From assembly GCA_051313645.2 (NCBI GenBank), contig JBNRSN020000002.1, forward strand, positions 304,544,001 through 304,608,000: 64,000 bases of DNA, read 5' to 3'. The translations under genes were made by a program, and so were the position numbers. Source of the stretch: Centroscyllium fabricii (Eukaryota). Position 1 is the first letter of the stretch, and each line of letters opens with the position of its first letter. Positions 13,601-31,600 of this stretch are shown here, piece by piece. The notes under the pieces were generated by a model, which was given only the letters and a program-made list of their open reading frames with translations, did not search any database and was not told the origin of the DNA.

Positions 13601-16600
13601 ACATCCGTGGAATATATCCGTGGAATATATCAGTGGAACACATCCGTGGGATACATTCGTGGAATATATCCGTAGAACACATCTGTGGAACACATCTGTG
13701 GAATTTATGAGTGGAATATATCCGTGGAATACATCCACGGAACATATCCGTGAAACACAGCCGTGGAATAAATCCGTGAAATATATCCGTGGAACACATC
13801 CGTGGAACATATCCGTGGAACACATCCGTGGAACACATCCGTGGAATATATCCGTGGAACAAATCCGTGGAATACATCCATGGAATATATCCATGGAATA
13901 TATCCATGGAATATATCCGTGGAATATATCCGTGGAACACATCCATGGAATATATCCCTGGCATACATCCGTGGAACATATCCGTGGAATATATCCGTGG
14001 AATATAGCCGTGGAATACATCCGTCGAACACATCCGTGGAATACATCCGTGGAACACATCCGTGGAACACATCTGTGGAATATATCTGTGAAAATATCCG
14101 TGGAACACCTCCGTGGGATACATCTCTGGAATATATCCGTGGAACACATCCGTGGAATACATCCATGGAATATATCCGTGGAATATATCCGTGGAATATA
14201 TCCGTGGAATACATCCAAGGAATATATCCGTGGAATACATCCATGGAATATATCCGTGGAACACATCCGTGGAATATATCCATGGAATATATCTGTGGAA
14301 TACATCCAAGGAATATATCCGTGGAACACATTCGTGGGATACAACTGTGGAATACATCCGTGGAATACATCCATGGAACACATCCGTGGAATATATCCGT
14401 GGAATATATCTGTGGAACACATCTGTGGAATATATCCGTTGAATACATCCGTGGAATATATCCGTGGAACACATCCGTGGAATAGCTGCGTGGAAAACAT
14501 CTGTGGAATATATCCGTGGAATATATCCGTGGAATATAGCCGTGGAATACATCCGTCGAACACATCCGTGGAACACATCCGTGGAATATATCCATGGAAT
14601 ATATCCGTGGAATATATCCGTGGAACACATCCGTGGAATAGCTGCGTGGAAAACATCTGTGGAATATATCCGTGGAATATATCCGTGGAACAAATCCGTT
14701 GAATACATCCGTGGAATATATCCGTGGAACACATCCGTGGAATACATGCGTGGAACACATCTGTGGAATATATCCGTGGAATATATCCCTGGAATATATC
14801 CGTGAAATACATCCGTGGAACACATCCGTGGAACACATCCGTGGAATATATCCCTAGAATACATCCGTGGAACACATCCGTGGAATATATCTGTGGATTA
14901 TATCCATGGAACACATCCGTGGAACACATCCATGGAATATATCCGTGGAATACATCCATGGAACACACCCATGGAATATATCCGTGGAATATATCCGTGG
15001 AACATATCCGTGGAATATATCCGTGGAACATATCCGTGGAATATATCCGTGGAACATATCCGTGGAATATATCCGTGGAATACATCCGTGGAACACATCC
15101 GTGGAATATATCCGTGCAATATATCCGTGGAACATATCCGTGAAATATATTCGTGGAATATATCCGTGAAACACATCCGTCGAACACATCCGTGGAATAC
15201 ATCCGTGGAACACATCCGTGGAACACATCCGTGGAATATATCTGTGGAAATATCCGTGGAACACATCCGTGGGATACATCTCTGGAATATATCCGTGGAA
15301 CACATCCGTGGAATACATCCATGGAATATATCCGTGGAATATATCCGTGGAATATATCCGTGGAATACATCCAAGGAATATATCCGTGGAACACATCCAT
15401 GGAATACATCCATGGAATACATCCAAGGAATATATCCGTGGAACACATTCGTGGGATACATCTGTGGAATACAACCGTGGAACACATCCGTGGAATATAT
15501 CCATGGAATATATCTGTGGAATACATCCAAGGAATATATCCGTGGAACACATTCGTGGGATACAACTGTGGAATACATCCGTGGAAGACATCCGTGGAAC
15601 ACATCCGTGGAATATATCCGTGGAATATATCTGTGGAACACACCTGTGGAACACATCCGTGGAATATATCCGTGGAATATATCAGTGGAATACATCCGTG
15701 GAACACATCCATGGAATATATCCGTGCAATATATCCGTGGAACATATCCGTGAAATATATCCGTGGAATATATCCGTGGAACACATCCGTGGAATATATC
15801 TGTGGAATATATCCATGGAACACATCCGTGGAATATATCCGTGGAATAAATCCATGGAACACATCCGTGGAACACATCCGTGGAATATATCCGTGTAAAA
15901 TATCCGTGGAACACATCCATGGGATACATTCGTGGAATATATCCGTAGACCACATCTGTGGAACACATCTGTGGAATATATGAGTGGAACATATCCGTGG
16001 AATACATCCATGGAACATATTTGTGAAACACAGCCGTGGAATATATCCGTGAAATATATCCGTGGAACACATCCGTGGAACACATCCGTGGAATATATCC
16101 GTGGAACAAATCCGTGGAATACATCCATGGAATATATCCGTGGTATATATCCACGGAATATATCCATGGAATATATCCGTGGAACACATCCGTGGAATAC
16201 CTGCGTGGAAAACATCTGTGGAATATATCCGTGGAATATATCCGTGGAATATAGCCGTGGAATACATCCGTGGAACACATCCGTGGAACACATCCGTGGA
16301 ATATATCCCTGGAATACATCCGTGGAACACATCCGTGGAATATATCCGTGGAATACATCCATGGAACACACCCATGGAATATATCCGTGTAATATATCCG
16401 TGGAACATATCCGTGAAATATATCCGTGGAACACATCCGTGGAATATATCCCTGGAATACATCCGTGGAACACATCCGTGGAATATATCCCTGGAATACA
16501 TCCGTGGAACACATCCGTGGAAAATATCTGTGTAATATATCCGTGGAACACATCCGTGGGATACATCTGTGGAATATATCCGTGGAACACATCCATGGAA

Positions 16601-19600
16601 TACATCCATGGAATATATCCGTGGAATACATCCAAGGAATATATCCGTGAAACACAACCGTGGAATACATCCGTGGAATACATCCAAGGAATATATCCGT
16701 GGAACACATTCATGGGATACATCTGTGGAATACATCCATGGAACACATCCGTGGAATATATCCATGGAATATATCTGTGGAATACATCCAAGGAATATAT
16801 CCGTGGAACACATTCGTGGGATACATCTGTGGAATACATCCGTGGAATACATCCGTGGAACACATCCGTGGAATATATCCGTGGAATATATCCGTGGAAC
16901 ACATCTGTGGAACACATCCGTGGAATATATCCGTGGAATATATCAGTGGAATACATCCGTGGAACACATCCGTGAAATATATCTGTGGAATATATCCATG
17001 GAACACATCCGTGGAATATATCCGTGGAATAAATCCATGGAACACATCCGTGGAACACATCCGTGGAATATACCCGTGGAATATATCCGTGGAACACATC
17101 CGTGGGATACATTCGTGGAATATATCCGTAGAACATATCTGTGGAACACATCTGTGGAATTTATGAGTGGAATATATCCGTGGAATACATCCACGGAACA
17201 TATCCGTGAAACACAGCCGTGGAATAAATCCGTGAAATATATCCGTGGAACACATCCGTGGAACATATCCGTGGAACACATCCGTGGAACACATCCGTGG
17301 AATATATCCGTGGAACAAATCCGTGGAATACAACCATGGAATATATCCGTGGAATATATCCATGGAATATATCCATGGAGTATATCCGTGGAACACATCC
17401 GTGGAATAGCTGCGTGGAAAACATCTGTGGAATATATCCGTGGAATATATCCGTGGAATATAGCCGTGGAATACATCCGTCGAACACATCCGTGGAACAC
17501 ATCCGTGGAACACATCCGTGGAATATATCCATGGAATATATCCGTGGAATATATCCGTGGAATATATCCGTGGAACATATCCGTGGAATATATCCGTGGA
17601 ACAAATCCGTGGAATACATCCGTGGAATATATCCGTGGAACACATCCGTTGAATACATGCGTGGAACACATCTGTGGAATATATCCGTGGAATATATCCC
17701 TGGAATATATCCGTGAAATACATCCGTGGAACACATCCGTGGAATATATCCATAGAATACATCCGTGGAACACATCCGTGGAATATATCTGTGGATTATA
17801 TCCATGGAACACATCCGTGGAACACATCCATGGAATATATCCGTGGAATCCATCCATGGAACACACCCATGGAATATATCCGTGGAATATATCCGTGGAA
17901 CATATCCGTGGAATATATCCGTGGAACATATCCGTGGAATATATCCGTGGAACATATCCGTGGAATATATCCGTGGAATACATCCGTGGAACACATCCGT
18001 GGAATATATCCGTGCAATATATCCGTGGAACATATCCGTGAAATATATTCGTGGAATATATCCGTGAAACACATCCGTGGAACACATCCGTGGAATATAT
18101 CCGTGCAATACATCCATGGAACACACCCATGGAATATATCCGTGTAATATATCCGTGGAATACTTCCATGGAACACACCCATGGAATACATCCGTGGAAC
18201 AAATCCATGGAATATATCCATGGAATATATCCGTGGAATACATCCGAGGAACACATCCATGGAATATATCCCTGGCATACATCCGTGGAACATATCCGTG
18301 GAATATATCCGTGGAATACATCCGTGGAACACATCCGTGGAATATATCCGTGCAATATATCCGTGGAACATATCCGTGAAATATATTCGTGGAATATATC
18401 CGTGAAACACATCCGTGGAATATATCTGTGGAATAATACAAGGAACACATCCGTGGAATATATCCGTGGAATAAATCCATGGAACACATCCGTGGAACAC
18501 ATCCGTGGAATATATCCGTGGAATATATCCGTGGAACACATCCGTGGGATACATTCGTGGAATATATCCGTAGAACACATCTGTGGAACACATCTGTGGA
18601 ATTTATGAGTGGAATATATCCGTGGAATACATCCATGGAACATATCCGTGGAACACAGCCGTGGAATAAATCCTTGAAATATATCCGTGGAACAAATCCG
18701 TGGAACATATCCGTGGAACACATCCGTGGAACACATCTGTGGAATATATCCGTGGAACAAATCCGTGGAATACATCCATGGAATATATCCGTGGAATATA
18801 TCCATGGAATATATCCATGGAATATATCCGTGGAACACATCCGTGGAATAGCTGCGTGGAAAACATCTGTGGAATATATCCGTGGAATATATCCGTGGAA
18901 TATAGCCGTGGAATACATCCGTGGAACACATCCGTGGAACACATCCGTGGAATATATCCATGGAATATATCCGTGGAACACATCCGTGGAATACCTGCGT
19001 GGAAAACATCTGTGGAATATATCCGTGGAACATATCCGTGGAATATATCCGTGGAACATATCCGTGGTATATATCCGTGGAACAAATCCATGGAATACAT
19101 CCGTGGAATATATCCGTGGAACACATCCGTGGAATACATGCGTGGAACACATCTGTGGAATATATCCGTGGAATATATCCCTGGAATATATCCGTGAAAT
19201 ACATCCGTGGAACACATCCGTGGAACACGTCCGTGGAATATATCCCTAGAATACATCCGTGGAACACATCCGTGGAATATATCTGTGGATTATATCCATG
19301 GAACACATCCGTGGAACACATCCATGGAATATATCCGTGGAATACATCCATGGAACACACCCATGGAATATATCCGTGGAATATATCCGTGGAACATATC
19401 CGTGGAATATATCCGTGGAACATATCCGTGGAATATATCCGTGGAACATATCCGTGGAATATATCCGTGGAATACATCCGTGGAATACATCCGTGGAATA
19501 TATCCCTGGAATACATCCATGGAACATATCCGTGGAATATATCCGTGGAATACATACGTGGAACACATCCGTGGAATATATCCGTGGAATACATCCATGG

Positions 19601-22600
19601 AACACACCCATGGAATATATCCGTGTAATATATCCGTGGAATACTTCCATGGAACACACCCATGGAATACATCCGTGGAACACATCCGTGGAATATATCC
19701 ATGGAATATATCCGTGGAATACATCCGTGGAACACATCCATGGAATATATCCCTGGCATACATCCATGGAACATATCCGTGGAATATATCCGTGGAATAT
19801 ATCTGTGGAATATATCCGTGGAACACATCGAATGAATATATCCATGGAATATATCCGTGGAATACATCCGTGGAACGCATCCATGGAATATATCTGTGGA
19901 ATATATCCGTGGAACAAATCGATGGAATATATCCATGGAATATATCCGTGGAATACATCCGTGGAACACATCCGTGGAATATATCCCTGGAATACATCCG
20001 TGGAACACATCCGTGGAATATATCTGTGGAATATATCCGTGGAACACATCCGTGGGATACATCTCTGGAATATATCCGTGGAACACATCCGTGGAATACA
20101 TCCGTGGAATATATCCGTGGAATATATCCGTGGAATATATCTGTGGAATACATCCAAGGAATATATCCGTGGAACACATCCGTGGAATACATCCATGGAA
20201 TACATCCAAGGAATATATCCGTGGAACACATTCGTGGGATACATCTGTGGAATACATCCGTGGAACACATCCGTGGAATATATCCATGGAATATATTCGT
20301 GGAATACATCCAAGGAATATATCCGTGGAACACATTCGTGGGATACATCTGTGGAATACATCCGTGGAATACATCCGTGGAACACATCCGTGGAATATAT
20401 CCGTGGAATATATCTGTGGAACACATCTGTGGAACACATCTGTGGAATATATCCGTGGAATATATCAGTGGAATACATCCGTGGAACACATCCGTGGAAT
20501 ATATCCGTGCAATATATCCGTGGAACATATCCGTGAAATATATCCGTGGAATATATCCGTGAAACACATCCGTGGAATATATCTGTGGAATATATCCATG
20601 GAACACATCCGTGGAATATATCCGTGGAATAAATCCATGGAACACATCCGTGGAACACATCCGTGGAATATATCCGTGGAATATATCCGTGGAACACATC
20701 CGTGGGATACATTCGTGGAATATATCCATAGAACACATCTGTGAAACACATCTGTGGAATTTATGAGTGGAATATATCCGTGGAATACATCCATGGAACA
20801 TATCCGTGGAACACAGCCGTGGAATATATCCGTGAAATATATCCGTGGAACACATCCGTGGAACATATCCGTGGAACACATCCGTGGAACACATCCGTGG
20901 AATATATCCGTGGAACAAATCCGTGGAATACATCCATGGAATATATCCGTGGAATATATCCATGGAATATATCCATGGAATATATCCGTGGAACACATCC
21001 GTGGAATACCTGCGTGGAAAACATCTGTGGAATATATCCGTGGAATATATCCGTGGAATATAGCAGTGGAATACATCCGTGGAACACATCCGTGGAACAC
21101 ATCCGTGGAATATATCGCTGGAATATATCCGTGGAACACATCCGTGGAATATATCTGTGGATTATATCCATGGAACACATCCGTGGAACACATCCGTGGA
21201 ATATATCCGTGGAAAACATCCATGGAACACACCCATGGAATATATCCGTGTAATATATCCGTGGAACATATCCGTGGAATATATCCGTGGAACACATCCG
21301 TGGAATATATCCCTGGAATACATCCGTGGAATACATTCATGGAATATATCCGTGGAATACATCCGTGGAACACATCCGTGGAATATATCCCTGGAATATA
21401 TCCGTGGAACACATCCGTGGAATATATCCCTGGAATACATCCGTGCAACACATCCGTGGAATATATCCGTGGAATACATCCGTGGAACACACCTGTGGCA
21501 TATATCCGTGGAACACATCCGTGGGTTACATCTGTGGAATATATCCGTGGAATACATCCATGGAACACATCCGTGGAATATATCCGTGGAATATATCCGT
21601 GGAATACATCCATGGAACACATCCGTGGAATATATCCGTAGAACACATCCGTGGAACACATCCGTGGAATATATCTGTGGATTATATCCATGGAACACAT
21701 CCGTGGAACACATCCGTGGAATATATCCGTGGAATACATCCATGGAACACACCCATGGAATATATCCGTGGAATATATCAGTGGAACACATCCATAGAAT
21801 ATATCCGTGGAATAAATCCATGGAACCCATCCGTGGAACACATCCGTGGAATATATCCATGGAATATATCCGTGGAACACATCCGTGGGATACATTCGTG
21901 GAATATATCCGTAGACCACATCTGTGGAACACATCTGTGGAATACATCAGTGGAATATATCCGTGGAATACATCCATGGAACATATCCGTGGAACACAGC
22001 CGTGGAATATATCCGTGAAATATATCCGTGGAACACATCCGTGGAATATATCCGTGGAACAAATCCGTGGAATACATCCATGGAATATATACGTGGAACA
22101 CATCCGTGGAATACCTGCGTGGAAAACATCCGTGGAACACATCCGTGGAATATATCCCTGGAATACATCCGTGGAACACATCCGTGGAATATATCTGTGG
22201 ATTATATCCATGGAACACATCCGTGGAACACATCCGTGGAATATATCCGTGGAATACATCCATGGAACACACCCATGGAATATACCCGTGGAATATATCC
22301 GTGGAATATAGCCGTGGAATACATCCGTGGAACACATCCGTGGAACACATCCGTGGAATATATCCCTGGAATACATCCGTGGAACACATCCGTGGAATAT
22401 ATCTGTGGATTATATCCATGGAACACATCCGTGGAACACATCCGTGGAATATATCCGTGGAATACATCCATGGAACACACCCATGGAATATATCCGTGTA
22501 ATATATCCGTGGAACATACCCATGGAATATATCCGTGGAACACATCCGTGGAATATATCCCTGGAATACATCCGTGGAACACATCCGTGGAATATATCCC

Positions 22601-25600
22601 TGGAATACATCCGTGGAACACATCCGTGGAATATATCTGTGGAATATATCCGTGGAACACATCCGTGGGATACATCTGTGGAATATATCCGTGGAACACA
22701 TCCGTGGAATACATCCATGGAATATATCCGTGGAATACATCCAAGGAATATATCCGTGGAACACATCCGTGGAATACATCCGTGGAATACATCCAAGGAA
22801 TATATCCGTGGAACACATTCATGGGATACATCTGTGGAATACATCCGTGGAACACATCCGTGGAATATATCCATGGAATATATCTGTGGAATATATCCGA
22901 GGAATATATCCGTGGAACACATTCGTGGGATACATCTGTGGAATACATCCGTGGAATACATCCGTGGAACACATCCGTGGAATATATCCGTGGAATATAT
23001 CCGTGGAACACATCTGTGGAACACATCCGTGGAATATATCCGTGGAATATATCAGTGGAATACATCCGTGGAACACATCCGTGGAATATATCCATGCAAT
23101 ATATCCGTGGAACATATCCGTGAAATATATCCGTGGAATATATCCGTGAAACACATCCGTGTAATATATCTGTGGAATATATCCATGGAACACATCCGTG
23201 GAATATATCCGTGGAATAAATCCATGGAACACATCCGTGGAACACATCCGTGGAATATATCCGTGGAATATATCCGTGGAACACATCCGTGGGATACATT
23301 CGTGGAATATATCCGTAGAACACATCTGTGGAACACATCTGTGTAATTTATGAGTGGAATATATCCGTGGAATACATCCATGGAACATATCCGTGGAACA
23401 CAGCCGTGGAACATATCCGTGAAATATATCCGTGGAATATATCCGTGAAACACATCCGTGGAATATATCTGTGGAATATATCCATGGAATACATCCGTGG
23501 AATATATCCGTGGAATAAATCCATGGAACACATCCGTGGAACACATCCGTGGAATACATCTGTGGAATATATCCGTGGAACACATCCGTGGGATACATTC
23601 GTGGAATATATCCGTAGAACAAATCCGTGGAATACATCCATGGAATATATCCGTGGAATATATCCACGGAATATATCCATGGAATATATCCGTGGAACAC
23701 ATCCGTGGAATACCTGCGTGGAAAACATCTGTGGAATATATCCGTGGAATATATCCGTGGAATATAGCAGTGGAATACATCCGTGGAACACATCCGTGGA
23801 ACACATCCGTGGAATATATCGCTGGAATATATCCGTGGAACACATCCGTGGAATATATCTGTGGATTATATCCATGGAACACATCCGTGGAACACATCCG
23901 TGGAATATATCCGTGGAAAACATCCATGGAACACACCCATGGAATATATCCGTGTAATATATCCGTGGAACATATCCGTGGAATATATCCGTGGAACACA
24001 TCCGTGGAATATATCCCTGGAATACATCCGTGGAATACATTCATGAAATATATCCGTGGAATACATCCGTGGAACACATCCGTGGAATATATCCCTGGAA
24101 TATATCCGTGGAACACATCCGTGGAATATATCCCTGGAATACATCCGTGCAACACATCCGTGGAATATATCCGTGGAATACATCCGTGGAACACACCTGT
24201 GGCATATATCCGTGGAACACATCCGTGGGTTACATCTGTGGAATATATCCGTGGAATACATCCATGGAACACATCCGTGGAATATATCCGTGGAATATAT
24301 CCGTGGAATACATCCATGGAACACATCCGTGGAATATATCCGTAGAACACATCCGTGGAACACATCCGTGGAATATATCTGTGGATTATATCCATGGAAC
24401 ACATCCGTGGAACACATCCGTGGAATATATCCGTGGAATACATCCATGGAACACACCCATGGAATATATCCGTGGAATATATCAGTGGAACACATCCATA
24501 GAATATATCCGTGGAATAAATCCATGGAACCCATCCGTGGAACACATCCGTGGAATATATCCATGGAATATATCCGTGGAACACATCCGTGGGATACATT
24601 CGTGGAATATATCCGTAGACCACATCTGTGGAACACATCTGTGGAATACATCAGTGGAATATATCCGTGGAATACATCCATGGAACATATCCGTGGAACA
24701 CAGCCGTGGAATATATCCGTGAAATATATCCGTGGAACACATCCGTGGAATATATCCGTGGAACAAATCCGTGGAATACATCCATGGAATATATACGTGG
24801 AACACATCCGTGGAATACCTGCGTGGAAAACATCCGTGGAACACATCCGTGGAATATATCCCTGGAATACATCCGTGGAACACATCCGTGGAATATATCT
24901 GTGGATTATATCCATGGAACACATCCGTGGAACACATCCGTGGAATATATCCGTGGAATACATCCATGGAACACACCCATGGAATATACCCGTGGAATAT
25001 ATCCGTGGAATATAGCCGTGGAATACATCCGTGGAACACATCCGTGGAACACATCCGTGGAATATATCCCTGGAATACATCCGTGGAACACATCCGTGGA
25101 ATATATCTGTGGATTATATCCATGGAACACATCCGTGGAACACATCCGTGGAATATATCCGTGGAATACATCCATGGAACACACCCATGGAATATATCCG
25201 TGTAATATATCCGTGGAACATACCCATGGAATATATCCGTGGAACACATCCGTGGAATATATCCCTGGAATACATCCGTGGAACACATCCGTGGAATATA
25301 TCCCTGGAATACATCCGTGGAACACATCCGTGGAATATATCTGTGGAATATATCCGTGGAACACATCCGTGGGATACATCTGTGGAATATATCCGTGGAA
25401 CACATCCGTGGAATACATCCATGGAATATATCCGTGGAATACATCCAAGGAATATATCCGTGGAACACATCCGTGGAATACATCCGTGGAATACATCCAA
25501 GGAATATATCCGTGGAACACATTCATGGGATACATCTGTGGAATACATCCGTGGAACACATCCGTGGAATATATCCATGGAATATATCTGTGGAATATAT

Positions 25601-28600
25601 CCGAGGAATATATCCGTGGAACACATTCGTGGGATACATCTGTGGAATACATCCGTGGAATACATCCGTGGAACACATCCGTGGAATATATCCGTGGAAT
25701 ATATCCGTGGAACACATCTGTGGAACACATCCGTGGAATATATCCGTGGAATATATCAGTGGAATACATCCGTGGAACACATCCGTGGAATATATCCATG
25801 CAATATATCCGTGGAACATATCCGTGAAATATATCCGTGGAATATATCCGTGAAACACATCCGTGTAATATATCTGTGGAATATATACATGGAACACATC
25901 CGTGGAATATATCCGTGGAATAAATCCATGGAACACATCCGTGGAACACATCCGTGGAATATATCCGTGGAATATATCCGTGGAACACATCCGTGGGATA
26001 CATTCGTGGAATATATCCGTAGAACACATCTGTGGAACACATCTGTGTAATTTATGAGTGTAATATATCCGTGGAATACATCCATGGAACATATCCGTGG
26101 AACACAGCCGTGGAACATATCCGTGAAATATATCCGTGGAATATATCCGTGAAACACATCCGTGGAATATATCTGTGGAATATATCCATGGAATACATCC
26201 GTGGAATATATCCGTGGAATAAATCCATGGAACACATCCGTGGAACACATCCGTGGAATACATCTGTGGAATATATCCGTGGAACACATCCGTGGGATAC
26301 ATTCGTGGAATATATCCGTAGAACAAATCCGTGGAATACATCCATGGAATATATCCGTGGAATATATCCACGGAATATATCCATGGAATATATCCGTGGA
26401 ACACATCCGTGGAATACCTGCGAGGAAAACATCTGTGGAATATATCCGTGGAATATATCCGTGGAATATATCCGTGGAATATAGCCGTGGAATACATCCG
26501 TGGAACACATCCGTGGAACACATCCGTGGAATATATCCCTGGAATACATCCGTGGAACACATCCGTGGAACACATCCGTGGATTATATCCATGGAATACA
26601 TCCATGGAACACACCCATGGAATATATCCGTGTAATATATCCGTGGAACATATCCATGGAATATATCCGTGGAACACATCTGTGGAATATATCCCTGGAA
26701 TACATCCGTGGAACACATCCGTGGAATATATCCCTGGAATACATCTGTGGAATATATCCGAGGAATATATCCGTGGAACACATTCGTGGGATACATCTGT
26801 GGAATACATCCGTGGAATACATCCGTGGAACACATCCGTGGAATATATCCGTGGAATATATCCGTGGAACACATCTGTGGAACACATCCGTGGAATATAT
26901 CCGTGGAATATATCAGTGGAATACATCCGTGGAACACATCCGTGGAATATATCCATGCAATATATCCGTGGAACATATCCGTGAAATATATCCGTGGAAT
27001 ATATCCGTGAAACACATCCGTGTAATATATCTGTGGAATATATCCATGGAACACATCCGTGGAATATATCCGTGGAATAAATCCATGGAACACATCCGTG
27101 GAACACATCCGTGGAATATATCCGTGGAATATATCCGTGGAACACATCCGTGGGATACATTCGTGGAATATATCCGTAGAACACATCTGTGGAACACATC
27201 TGTGTAATTTATGAGTGGAATATATCCGTGGAATACATCCATGGAACATATCCGTGGAACACAGCCGTGGAACATATCCGTGAAATATATCCGTGGAATA
27301 TATCCGTGAAACACATCCGTGGAATATATCTGTGGAATATATCCATGGAATACATCCGTGGAATATATCCGTGGAATAAATCCATGGAACACATCCGTGG
27401 AACACATCCGTGGAATACATCTGTGGAATATATCCGTGGAACACATCCGTGGGATACATTCGTGGAATATATCCGTAGAACAAATCCGTGGAATACATCC
27501 ATGGAATATATCCGTGGAATATATCCACGGAATATATCCATGGAATATATCCGTGGAACACATCCGTGGAATACCTGCGAGGAAAACATCTGTGGAATAT
27601 ATCCGTGGAATATATCCGTGGAATATATCCGTGGAATATAGCCGTGGAATACATCCGTGGAACACATCCGTGGAACACATCCGTGGAATATATCCCTGGA
27701 ATACATCCGTGGAACACATCCGTGGAACACATCCGTGGATTATATCCATGGAATACATCCATGGAACACACCCATGGAATATATCCGTGTAATATATCCG
27801 TGGAACATATCCATGGAATATATCCGTGGAACACATCTGTGGAATATATCCCTGGAATACATCCGTGGAACACATCCGTGGAATATATCCCTGGAATACA
27901 TCCGTGGATCACATCCGTGGAATATATCTGTGGAATATATCCGTGGAACACATCTGTGGGATAAATCTGTGGAATATATCCGTGGAACACATCCGTGGAA
28001 TACATCCATGGAATATATCCGTGGAATACATCCAAGGAATATATCCGTGGAACACATCCGTGGAATACATCCGTGGAATACATCCAAGGAATATATCCGT
28101 GGAACACATTCATGGGATACATCTGTGGAATACATCCGTGGAATACATCCGTGGAACACATCCGTGGAATATATCCGTGGAATATATCCGTGGAACACAT
28201 CTGTGGAACACATCCGTGGAATATATCCGTGGAATATATCAGTGAAATACATCCGTGGAACACATCCATGGAATATATCCGTGCAATATATCCGTGGAAC
28301 ATATCCGTGAAATATATCCGTGGAATATATCCGTGAAACACTTCCGTGGAATATATCTGTGGAATATATCCATGGAACACATCCGTGGAATATATCCGTG
28401 GAATAAATCCATGGAACACATCCGTGGAACACATCCGTGGAATATATCCGTGGAATATATCCGTGGAACACATCCGTGGGATACATTCGTGGAATATATC
28501 CGTAGAACACATCTGTGGAACACATCTGTGCAATTTATGAGTGGAATATATCCGTGGAATACATCCATGGAACATATCCGTGGAACACAGCCGTGGAATA

Positions 28601-31600
28601 TATCCGTGAAATATATCCGTGGAACACATCCGTGGAACATATCCGTGGAACACATCCGTGGAACACATCCGTGGAACACATCCGTGGAATATATCCGTGG
28701 AACAAATCCGTGGAATACATCCGTGGAATATATCCGTGGAACAAATCCGTGGAATACATCCATGGAATATATCCATGGAATATATCCATGGAATATATCC
28801 ATGTATTATATCCGTGGAACACATCCGTGGAATACCTGCGTGGAAAACATCTGTGGAATATATCCGTGGAATATAGCCGTGGAATACATCCGTGGAACAC
28901 ATCCGTGGAACACATCCGTAGAATATATCGCTGGAATACACCCGTGGAACACATCCGTGGAAAATATCTGTGGATTATATCCATGGAACACATCCGTGGA
29001 ACACATCCGTGGAATATATCCGTGGAATACATCCATGGAACACACCCATGGAATATATCCGTGTAATATATCCGTGGAACATATCCGTGGAATATATCCG
29101 TGGAACACATCCGTGGAATATATCCCTGGAATACATCCGTGGAACACATCCGTGGAATATATCCGTGGAATATATCCGTGGAACACATCCGTGGGATATA
29201 TCCCTGGAATATATCCGTGGAACACATCCGTGGAATATATCCCTGGAATACATCCGTGCAACACATCCGTGGAATATATCCGTGGAATACATCCGTGGAA
29301 CACACCTGTGGCATATATCCGTGGAACACATCCGTGGGTTACATCTGTGGAATATATCCGTGGAATACATCTATGGAACACATCCGTGGAATATATCCGT
29401 GGAATATATCCGTGGAATAGATCCATGGAACACATCCGTGGAATATATCCGTAGAACACATCCTTGGAACACATCCGTGGAATATATCTGTGGATTATAT
29501 CCATGGAACACATCCGTGGAACACATCCGTGGAATATATCCGTGGAATACATCCATGGAACACACCCATGGAATATATCCGTGGAATATATCCGTGGAAC
29601 ACATCCATGGAATATATCCGTGGAAGATGTCCGTGGAACACATCCGTGGAATATATCCGTGGAACATATCCGTGGAACACATCCATCGAATACATCCGTG
29701 GAATATATCCGTGGAATAAATCCATGGAACACATCCGTGGAACACATCCGTGGAATATATCCGTGGAATATATCCGTGGAACACATCCGTGGGATACATT
29801 CGTGGAATAGATCCGTAGACCACATCTGTGGAACATATCTGTGGAATATATGAGTGGAATATATCCGTGGAATACATCCATGGAACATATCCGTGGAACA
29901 CAGCCGTGGAATATATCCGTGAAATATATCCGTGGAACACATCCGTGGAACATATCCGTGGAACACATCCGTGGAACACATCCGTGGAATATATCCGTGC
30001 AACAAATCCGTGGAATACATCCATGGAATATATACGTGGAATATATCCACGGAATATATCCATGGAATATATCCGTGGAACACATCCGTGGAATACCTGC
30101 GTGGAAAACATCTGTGGAATATATCCGTGGAATATATCCGTGGAATATAGCCGTGGAATACATCCGTGGAACACATCCGTGGAACACATCCGTGGAATAT
30201 ATCCCTGGAATACATCCGTGGAACACATCCGTGGAATATATCTGTGGATTATATCCATGAAACACATCCGTGGAACACATCCGTGGAATATATCCGTGGA
30301 ATAGATCCGTGGAACACATCCGTGGAATATATCCCTGGAATACATCCGTGGAACACATCCGTGGAATATATCTGTGGAATATATCCGTGGAACACATCCG
30401 TGGGATACATCTGTGGAATATATCCGTGGAACACATCCGTGGAATACATCCATGGAATATATCCGTGGAATACATCCAAGGAATATATCTGTGGAACACA
30501 TCCGTGGAATACATCCGTGGAAAACATCCAAGGAATATATCCGTGGAACACATTCATGGGATACCTCTGTGGAATACATCCGTGGAACACATCCGTGGAA
30601 TATATCCATGGAATATATCTGTGGAATAGATCCGAGGAATATATCCGTGGAACACATTCGTGGGATACATCTGTGGAATACATCCTTGGAATACATCCGT
30701 GGAACACATCCGTGGAATATATCCGTGGAATATATCCGTGGAACACATCTGTGGAACACATCCGTGGAATATATCCGTGGAATATATCAGTGGAATACAT
30801 CCGTGGAACACATCCGTGGAATATATCCATGCAATATATCCGTGGAACATATCCGTGAAATATATCCGTGGAATATATCCGTGAAACACATCCGTGGAAT
30901 ACATCTGTGGAATATATCCATGGAACACATCCGTGGAATATATCCTGGAATATATCCGTGGAACACATCCGTGGGATACATTCGTGGAATATATCCGTAG
31001 AACACAACTGTGGAACACATCTGTGTAATTTATGAGTGGAATATATCCGTGGAATACATCCATGGAACATATCCGTGGAACACAGCCGTGGAACATATCT
31101 GTGAAATATATCCGTGGAATATATCCGTGAAACACATCCGTGGAATATATCTGTGGAATATATCCATGGAACACATCCGTGGAATATATCCGTGGAATAA
31201 ATCCATGGAACACATCCGTGGAACACATCCGTGGAATATATCCGTGGAATATATTCGTGGAACACATCCGTGGGATACATTCGTGGAATATATCCGAAGA
31301 ACAAATCCGTGGAATACATCCATGGAATATGTCCGTGGAATATATCCACGGAATATATCCATGGAATATATCCGTGGAACACCTCCGTGGAATACCTGCG
31401 TGGAAAACATCTGTGGAATATATCCGTGGAATATATCCGTAGAATATATCCGTGGAATATAGCCGTGGAATACATCCGTGGAACACATCCGTGGAACACA
31501 TCCGTGGAATATATCCCTGGAATACATCCGTGGAACACATCCGTGGAATATATCTGTGGATTATATCCATGGAACACATCCGTGGAACACATCCGTGGAA

